64,000 nt of DNA from Candidatus Bathyarchaeia archaeon (GTDB taxonomy: Bacteria > Patescibacteriota > Microgenomatia > PFEM01 > JAFGMK01). Shown here in pieces: positions 58,942-64,000 of this stretch. The DNA lies in assembly GCA_035529595.1 (NCBI GenBank), contig DATKWK010000017.1, positions 186,961 to 250,960 of the forward strand, given 5' to 3'. Numbering within the stretch: position 1 is the stretch's first letter; every line of letters begins with the position of its first letter. Below the pieces are notes generated by a model that was not told the origin of the DNA, ran no database searches, and saw only the letters and a program-made list of their open reading frames with translations. The position numbers and the translations under genes were made by a program.

Positions 58942-59307
58942 ATGGAGATTATCGCCCGGTCAAAACATATTCGAATAACTGCCAGGAAACTGCGGTTGGT
59001 AGCTGACTTAGTACGGGGTCTGTCTGTATCTCAAGCGATAGTTGCTCTTGAAAATCTTGGCAAGAAAGCCGCTAAACCAATCTTGGAGACTCTTAAACAA
59101 GGTTTAGGTAATGCTACTGGTAATTTCGGACTGAATAAGGAAGGCCTATACTTGAGAGAAATTCAGATCGGCGAAGGCCCGACTCTTAAAAGATGGCGCG
59201 CAGTCAGTCGGGGAAGAACGCACCAGATAAAAAAAAGGACCAGTCATATAAGAATAGTCTTAGAGGGAGAGAAAGAGAAAAAGATTGTTTTAAAGAAATC
59301 TAATTAG
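58942..59307 (+). CDS. rplV: 50S ribosomal protein L22
   Basis: RKLRLVADLVRG, GPTLKR, KRTSHI. Confidence 0.97.
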   Translation: MEIIARSKHIRITARKLRLVADLVRGLSVSQAIVALENLGKKAAKPILETLKQGLGNATGNFGLNKEGLYLREIQIGEGPTLKRWRAVSRGRTHQIKKRTSHIRIVLEGEKEKKIVLKKSN

Positions 59308-59328
59308 AAAATAATTAAAGGGAGTAAT

Positions 59329-59970
59329 TTGGGACAAAAGGTTAATCCAATAGGTTTTAGGCTTGGCCAAGGAGCGACTTGGTCTTCTTCCTGGTTTGCG
59401 TCCAGCGGCCGGGCTTATAGAAAGAACCTTCAGGGAGATATCGGCGTCAGGAGCTTTCTGATGGAGAAACTTAAACTTGCCGGAATTGTTATGGTGGAAA
59501 TTAAAAGGTCGATTAATAAAATGAAAATAGTTTTACATGTCTCTCGGCCAGGCGTGGTGATTGGACGAGGAGGTTCGGCTCTGGATGAGCTGAAAAGGTC
59601 TTTAGATAAGATTGTTGGGATCCCCGATCCGGACAAAAACCTGCAAATTGATGTAGTTGAAGTCCGAGATCCCGAGCTTTCAGCTCAGTTAGTAGCCATG
59701 CGCATCGTTGAACAACTGATAAGGCGTTTCCCTCATCGGAGAGTTGTTTCCCGGGTGATAGAGCGGGTTATGAGTAGTGGAGCCAAAGGGATAAAAATTG
59801 TTCTTTCCGGCAGAGTCGCCGGGGCAGAAATAAGCCGGCGGGAGAAGTTTGGTCAAGGTAAGTTGCCGCTTCAGACATTGAGAGCAAAGATTGATTATGC
59901 AGAAATGCCGGCATTGACAAAGTTCGGCTATATTGGAGTAAAAGTTTGGATTAATTTGGGAGAAGAATGA
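59329..59970 (+). CDS. rpsC: 30S ribosomal protein S3
   Basis: GQKVNPIGFRLG, RPGVVIGRGG, PLQTLRA; TTG start with GGAG SD. Confidence 0.97.
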   Translation: MGQKVNPIGFRLGQGATWSSSWFASSGRAYRKNLQGDIGVRSFLMEKLKLAGIVMVEIKRSINKMKIVLHVSRPGVVIGRGGSALDELKRSLDKIVGIPDPDKNLQIDVVEVRDPELSAQLVAMRIVEQLIRRFPHRRVVSRVIERVMSSGAKGIKIVLSGRVAGAEISRREKFGQGKLPLQTLRAKIDYAEMPALTKFGYIGVKVWINLGEE

Positions 59971-59971
59971 T

Positions 59972-60385
59972 ATGCTGCAACCGCGTAAATTAAAACACCG
60001 GAAACACTTTAGAGGAACAATGAAAGGAATCAGAACTAAAGGAACTACGCTTGCCTTTGGTGAGTATGGGCTTAAAAGTTTAGGAAGAGGTTGGTTGACC
60101 GACCGGCAGATTGAAGCCGGGAGGCGGGCGATCACTCATTCGACAAAGAGAGCCGGCAAGATTTGGATTCGTGTATTTCCCGATAAACCGGTTACGGCTA
60201 AACCTTCAGGAGCGAAGATGGGCTCCGGAAAAGGAGATGTCACCGGTTATATTGTCGTTATCCGGCCCGGTAAAATTATTTTTGAAATTGCCGGAGTTGA
60301 AGTAGAATTAGCCCGAGAAGCGATGAGGTTAGCTGCTGCCAAGTTGCCTTTTAAAACAAAGTTTATTATCAGGGAATCAAGATAG
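59972..60385 (+). CDS. rplP: 50S ribosomal protein L16
   Basis: IWIRVFPDKP, MGSGKG. Confidence 0.98.
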   Translation: MLQPRKLKHRKHFRGTMKGIRTKGTTLAFGEYGLKSLGRGWLTDRQIEAGRRAITHSTKRAGKIWIRVFPDKPVTAKPSGAKMGSGKGDVTGYIVVIRPGKIIFEIAGVEVELAREAMRLAAAKLPFKTKFIIRESR

Positions 60386-60394
60386 ACTGGTCTT

Positions 60395-60598
60395 ATGAAA
60401 AAAAAAGAATTAAAGAGTTTGTTTGAGAAATCGGTAAAAGAACTCCAGCGAATCTTAAGGGACTGGACTAAAGAGATGTTGGATATGAGGTTTAGATTAA
60501 AGACCGGTAAACTGAAAGACTTGCATGCCTTGATGAAAAAGAGGCATAATATAGCGCGAATCAAGACAATCATCAGAAAGAAGGAGATTGGCAGGTAA
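60395..60598 (+). CDS. rpmC: 50S ribosomal protein L29
   Basis: IARIKT motif; synteny. Confidence 0.92.
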   Translation: MKKKELKSLFEKSVKELQRILRDWTKEMLDMRFRLKTGKLKDLHALMKKRHNIARIKTIIRKKEIGR

Positions 60599-60617
60599 TA
60601 GAATTTTAAGGTAACCT

Positions 60618-60842
60618 ATGAAAACACTTATTGGAAAAGTTGTTTCTGCTAAAACCGAGAAAACGGCGACTGTTTTGATTGAACATAAGCGGCGGCATCC
60701 GGTTTACAAAAAAGTGGTGAAAAGAAGTAAAAAATACCCTGTCCATAATGATTTAGGGGCCAAAGAAGGAGATAAGGTTACGATTATTCAAACAAGGCCG
60801 TTAAGTAAGACTAAAAAATGGCGGGTAATTGAAATAAAATAA
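60618..60842 (+). CDS. rpsQ: 30S ribosomal protein S17
   Basis: GKVVS, HPVYKK, TRPLSKTKKW. Confidence 0.97.
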   Translation: MKTLIGKVVSAKTEKTATVLIEHKRRHPVYKKVVKRSKKYPVHNDLGAKEGDKVTIIQTRPLSKTKKWRVIEIK

Positions 60843-60843
60843 T

Positions 60844-61212
60844 ATGATTCAATTAAGATCGGTGCTTAAACCAGCGGACAATTGCGGCGCTAAGCGTCTT
60901 AGAGTAATCCATATTTATGGTGGCTCCAAAAGGCGCTTTGGTTACTTGGGCGGTACAGTTGCCGCCGTTGTTGATCAGGCTGATTCTCAGGGTATCGTCA
61001 AAGATTCGGAAAAGGTCCGGGCCTTAATTGTTAGAACGAAAAAGGAAACCGGAAGAAAAGACGGCAGTTTTGTTCGTTTTGACGATAATGCGGCGGTGGT
61101 TATCGATAAGGACGGAAATCCTCGAGGCACCAGGATATTTGGACCGATTGCCCGGGAGATTAAGGACGCCGGTTATTTAAAGATTGCCTCGTTGGCATCC
61201 GAGATTGTTTGA
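60844..61212 (+). CDS. rplN: 50S ribosomal protein L14
   Basis: ADNCGAK, FDDNAAV, GTRIFGP. Confidence 0.98.
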   Translation: MIQLRSVLKPADNCGAKRLRVIHIYGGSKRRFGYLGGTVAAVVDQADSQGIVKDSEKVRALIVRTKKETGRKDGSFVRFDDNAAVVIDKDGNPRGTRIFGPIAREIKDAGYLKIASLASEIV

Positions 61213-61248
61213 TTGAGACAGATTTAAGTTTATAAAAGATTAATTAAG

Positions 61249-61563
61249 ATGAAATTAAAATTAAAAAAGGGAGACCAAATAACTGTTATACTTGGGAAAG
61301 ACCGCGGTAAACGAGGGAAAATTGAAAAGTTATTTCCCCGCAAAGGTGCGGTTCTGGTTCCAGGTATCAATATCATCAAAAAACACGTCAAACCGCGCGG
61401 CGAAGGTAAACCCGGAGGGATTGTTGAGATGGCCAAACCATTGCCAATCTCTAAAGTTGCTTTAATTTGCCCCAAGTGCAGCCAGTCTACCCGTGTTGGT
61501 TTTAGGCAGAGTAGCGGATCGGTTAAAGAAAGGATTTGCCGGAAGTGCAAACAGACAGTTTAG
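61249..61563 (+). CDS. rplX: 50S ribosomal protein L24
   Basis: KOW GKDRGKRG; CPKC...CRKC. Confidence 0.96.
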   Translation: MKLKLKKGDQITVILGKDRGKRGKIEKLFPRKGAVLVPGINIIKKHVKPRGEGKPGGIVEMAKPLPISKVALICPKCSQSTRVGFRQSSGSVKERICRKCKQTV

Positions 61564-61575
61564 GCCATTCAAACT

Positions 61576-62154
61576 ATGCTTAGTCTAAGCCAGAAATATC
61601 AAAAAGAAATTGTTCCCAGCCTGATGAAAAAACTGAATTTAGGTAATCGCTTATCTGTACCGCAGGTTAAAAAAGTGGTAGTAAACGTTGGTATAGGGGA
61701 AGCAGTGGCCGAGGAAAGTGTTATTGATAAGGTATCTGATGTCTTGACGGCTATCACCGGGCAGAAACCGAGAGTAGCTAAGTCACGCCAAGCAATTTCC
61801 GGTTTTAAACTGAGAAAAGGGGTGCCGATTGGTTTGGTAGTGACTTTGCGAAGGGAAAGAATGTTTCATTTCTTGGAAAAACTTTTCAAGATTGTTTTAC
61901 CCCGCCTTCGGGACTTTAAGGGCCTGCCTGTCGCTGGTTTTGACGGCCGGGGTAATTATAGCCTTGGATTGACAGAACAAACTGTTTTTTATGAAGTGGA
62001 TTACGATAAAATCGACAAGATTCGGGGATTAGAAATCACGATTGTTACTAATGCCGGTTCGGATGGAACGGCAAAAATGTTGCTTGAGGAATTAGGAATG
62101 CCATTTGAAAAGGGAAAAGTAAAAAAAGCAGTTCGGAGTAATTATGGCCAGTGA
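61576..62154 (+). CDS. rplE: 50S ribosomal protein L5
   Basis: [25 protein letters not shown]. Confidence 0.98.
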   Translation: MLSLSQKYQKEIVPSLMKKLNLGNRLSVPQVKKVVVNVGIGEAVAEESVIDKVSDVLTAITGQKPRVAKSRQAISGFKLRKGVPIGLVVTLRRERMFHFLEKLFKIVLPRLRDFKGLPVAGFDGRGNYSLGLTEQTVFYEVDYDKIDKIRGLEITIVTNAGSDGTAKMLLEELGMPFEKGKVKKAVRSNYGQ

Positions 62155-62329
62155 GGCAAAAATCGTCAAGTCAAAAAAAGCAGTAAAATATACTACCCGT
62201 AAACACAATCGTTGCAGTCTTTGTGGGCGGCCGAGGGGTTATCTGAGGTTTTTCGGATTATGCCGTTTATGTTTTAGGCGTCTGGCTCATAAAGGAGAAC
62301 TGCCGGGCGTGACCAAGGCTAGTTGGTAA
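62144..62329 (+). CDS. rpsN: 30S ribosomal protein S14 (zinc-binding type Z)
   Basis: [23 protein letters not shown]. Confidence 0.97.
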   Translation: MASEAKIVKSKKAVKYTTRKHNRCSLCGRPRGYLRFFGLCRLCFRRLAHKGELPGVTKASW

Positions 62330-62342
62330 AGAAAGGAATAAG

Positions 62343-62732
62343 ATGATTTCTGATCCAATCGGTGATATGCTTAGTCGAATTCGTAATGGCTTTTTAGCCT
62401 CTCGACGAGAAGTGACTGTACCCTACTCAAAGGTCAAAGAAAATCTGGCCGAGATACTCTTGCGGAATGGGTACTTTAAAAAAGTGGAAATAGTGGGAGA
62501 GAATAAAAAGAGCTTTAAATTTACTCTTCGTTACGAAGCCAAGAAACCAACGCTTACCAAAATTGAAAGGGTGTCAAAACCAGGGAGAAGAGTCTACATT
62601 AAAGCTGGCCAGATTCGTCCTGTCCTTTCCGGATTAGGGATGATGGTCCTTTCGACACCGATGGGATTAATGACGGGTAGGCAGGCACAAAAGAAAAATT
62701 TAGGCGGAGAAATAATTTGTCGAATTTGGTAG
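62343..62732 (+). CDS. rpsH: 30S ribosomal protein S8
   Basis: DPIGDMLSRIRN, SKPGRRVY, GGEIIC. Confidence 0.98.
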   Translation: MISDPIGDMLSRIRNGFLASRREVTVPYSKVKENLAEILLRNGYFKKVEIVGENKKSFKFTLRYEAKKPTLTKIERVSKPGRRVYIKAGQIRPVLSGLGMMVLSTPMGLMTGRQAQKKNLGGEIICRIW

Positions 62733-62740
62733 GAGGTAAG

Positions 62741-63310
62741 ATGTCTCGAATAGGTTTAAAACCGATCGAAATTCCCGAGAACGTGACGGTTAAAACAGAC
62801 GCCGGTTCAATAACTGTCAGTGGCCCCTTGGGAACTTTAGAAGCAAAGATTGTGGCCGAACTTAGTTTGGAAACTGATCAAGGGAGATTATTGGTTAAGA
62901 GAAGAGATGATTCGAAGCGATCCAAGTCTCTTCATGGACTGGTTAGGAGCCTTATCTTTAATATGATTTTGGGCGTGAGTAAAGGTTGGCAGAAAGAGCT
63001 GGAAATTCAAGGGACCGGTTACCGGGCGAAAATAGAAAAAGGTAACCTGATATTATCGTTAGGATTTTCACACCCGGTCGAAATTAAGCCGGAAACAGGT
63101 ATAAAGTTTGAAGTTAAAGATGAGCGGGAAATTACGATTTCCGGCATAGATAAGACTTTGGTTGGCGATGTAACGGCGAGAATAAGAAAGGTGAAGCCTC
63201 CCGATGCTTATAAAGGTAAAGGCATTCGTTATAAAGGAGAACGCGTGGTCTTAAAACCGGGTAAGGCCGGCAAAGTCGGTTCGGCTGGAGGATCAGCCGG
63301 GGCCGCTTAA
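62741..63310 (+). CDS. rplF: 50S ribosomal protein L6
   Basis: MSRIG, LGFSHP, PDAYKGKGIRY; GGAGG SD before ATG 62741. Confidence 0.97.
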   Translation: MSRIGLKPIEIPENVTVKTDAGSITVSGPLGTLEAKIVAELSLETDQGRLLVKRRDDSKRSKSLHGLVRSLIFNMILGVSKGWQKELEIQGTGYRAKIEKGNLILSLGFSHPVEIKPETGIKFEVKDEREITISGIDKTLVGDVTARIRKVKPPDAYKGKGIRYKGERVVLKPGKAGKVGSAGGSAGAA

Positions 63311-63333
63311 TTTAAGCCGAAGGAGAATAATCG

Positions 63334-63681
63334 ATGATAAAAAAAGGTAAAATCAGGAGAAAAATCAGAATACGAAGTAAAATTCGGGGGACGGCGGATA
63401 GGCCGAGGCTATCCGTTTTCCGTTCTAATAAGCTGATTTATGCTCAAGTGATTGACGACGAAAAAAGACAAACGATAGTGGCGGTTAATGACAAATATTT
63501 TGACGCCGGCAAACGGCAGGAATCCAAAACAAAACGGGCGTTTTTAACCGGTAAAATTTTAGCTCAAAAAGCGCTGGAAAAGAAGGTTAGGAAAGTCGTT
63601 TTCGACCGGGGTTCCTTCAGGTATCATGGCCGGCTTAAAGCTTTAGCCGAAGGCGCCAGAGAAGGGGGACTGATTTTTTAG
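63334..63681 (+). CDS. rplR: 50S ribosomal protein L18
   Basis: [26 protein letters not shown]. Confidence 0.97.
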   Translation: MIKKGKIRRKIRIRSKIRGTADRPRLSVFRSNKLIYAQVIDDEKRQTIVAVNDKYFDAGKRQESKTKRAFLTGKILAQKALEKKVRKVVFDRGSFRYHGRLKALAEGAREGGLIF

Positions 63682-63712
63682 AATTATCTTGATTAAATTT
63701 CAAGGAAATAAT

Positions 63713-64000
63713 ATGCCAGTCGATTTTGGAAGAGAACAAAAAGAGTTTACGGAAAAAGTTATTCAGGTAAACCGGGTGTCAAAAAAAACCAAGGGAGGAA
63801 ACCGGATTGGTTTTTCCGTCTTGATGGTTGTTGGCGACCGGAGAGGCAGAGTTGGTGTTGGTTTGGGTAAGGCCCCTGATGTTTCCTCAGCCATTAGGAA
63901 AGGATTAAAAAGAGCCCAGAAGGAACTTTTTAGGGTCTCTCTTAGAGGAGACACAATTCCCCACCTTGTTTTGATGAAGTGGGGTGCGGCAGAAGTATTG
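63713..64000 (+). CDS. rpsE: 30S ribosomal protein S5, 3'-partial
   Basis: Translated directly: EKVIQVNRVSKKTKGGNRIGFSVLMVVGD...GKAPDV. Confidence 0.95.
   Translation, partial: MPVDFGREQKEFTEKVIQVNRVSKKTKGGNRIGFSVLMVVGDRRGRVGVGLGKAPDVSSAIRKGLKRAQKELFRVSLRGDTIPHLVLMKWGAAEVL

Noticed and set aside
595-63954. Many antisense or alternate-frame ORFs in the track (e.g. 595-975, 6927-7406, 48264-48782, 59689-60135, 63763-63954)
   Set aside because: They are shadows of well-conserved genes on the other strand or frame, with no motifs of their own.
1-64000. rRNA, tRNA, tmRNA or CRISPR array
   Set aside because: No cloverleaf/T-loop signature, rRNA-like stretch or regularly spaced repeat-spacer run was seen; the repeats found are dispersed hairpins.

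Overview
Core-genome window of a small-genome bacterium using the standard code (TGA is a stop). It is most consistent with a Patescibacteria/CPR (Microgenomates-like) lineage; this is inferred from the short IF2, AlaRS without the C-Ala domain, protease-less Lon and a diverged RpoB Rif pocket. Core content: dnaK-dnaJ, nusA-infB-(DHH-like)-rpsO-pnp, lon-like ATPase, udg, ftsK, alaS-(envelope protein)-sortase-ruvX-mltG, rpoBC-rpsLG, fusA-tuf-rpsJ and rplC through partial rpsE. The normally contiguous str and S10 operons are split by two accessory tracts: about 14 kb between rpsG and fusA and about 5 kb between rpsJ and rplC. These tracts hold an ars-type island, a TsaC-TsaE fusion plus tsaD, nucleotide house-cleaning and salvage genes, and several eroded genes. 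They also hold two C-terminal remnants of a RAYT/Y1 HUH transposase and at least two families of palindromic REP-like elements. The most striking signal is a 33-nt hairpin repeat with compensatory base changes. It sits next to the transposase remnants, brackets accessory genes, and coincides with the points where neighbouring genes are cut off. No rRNA, tRNA or CRISPR array was recognised.
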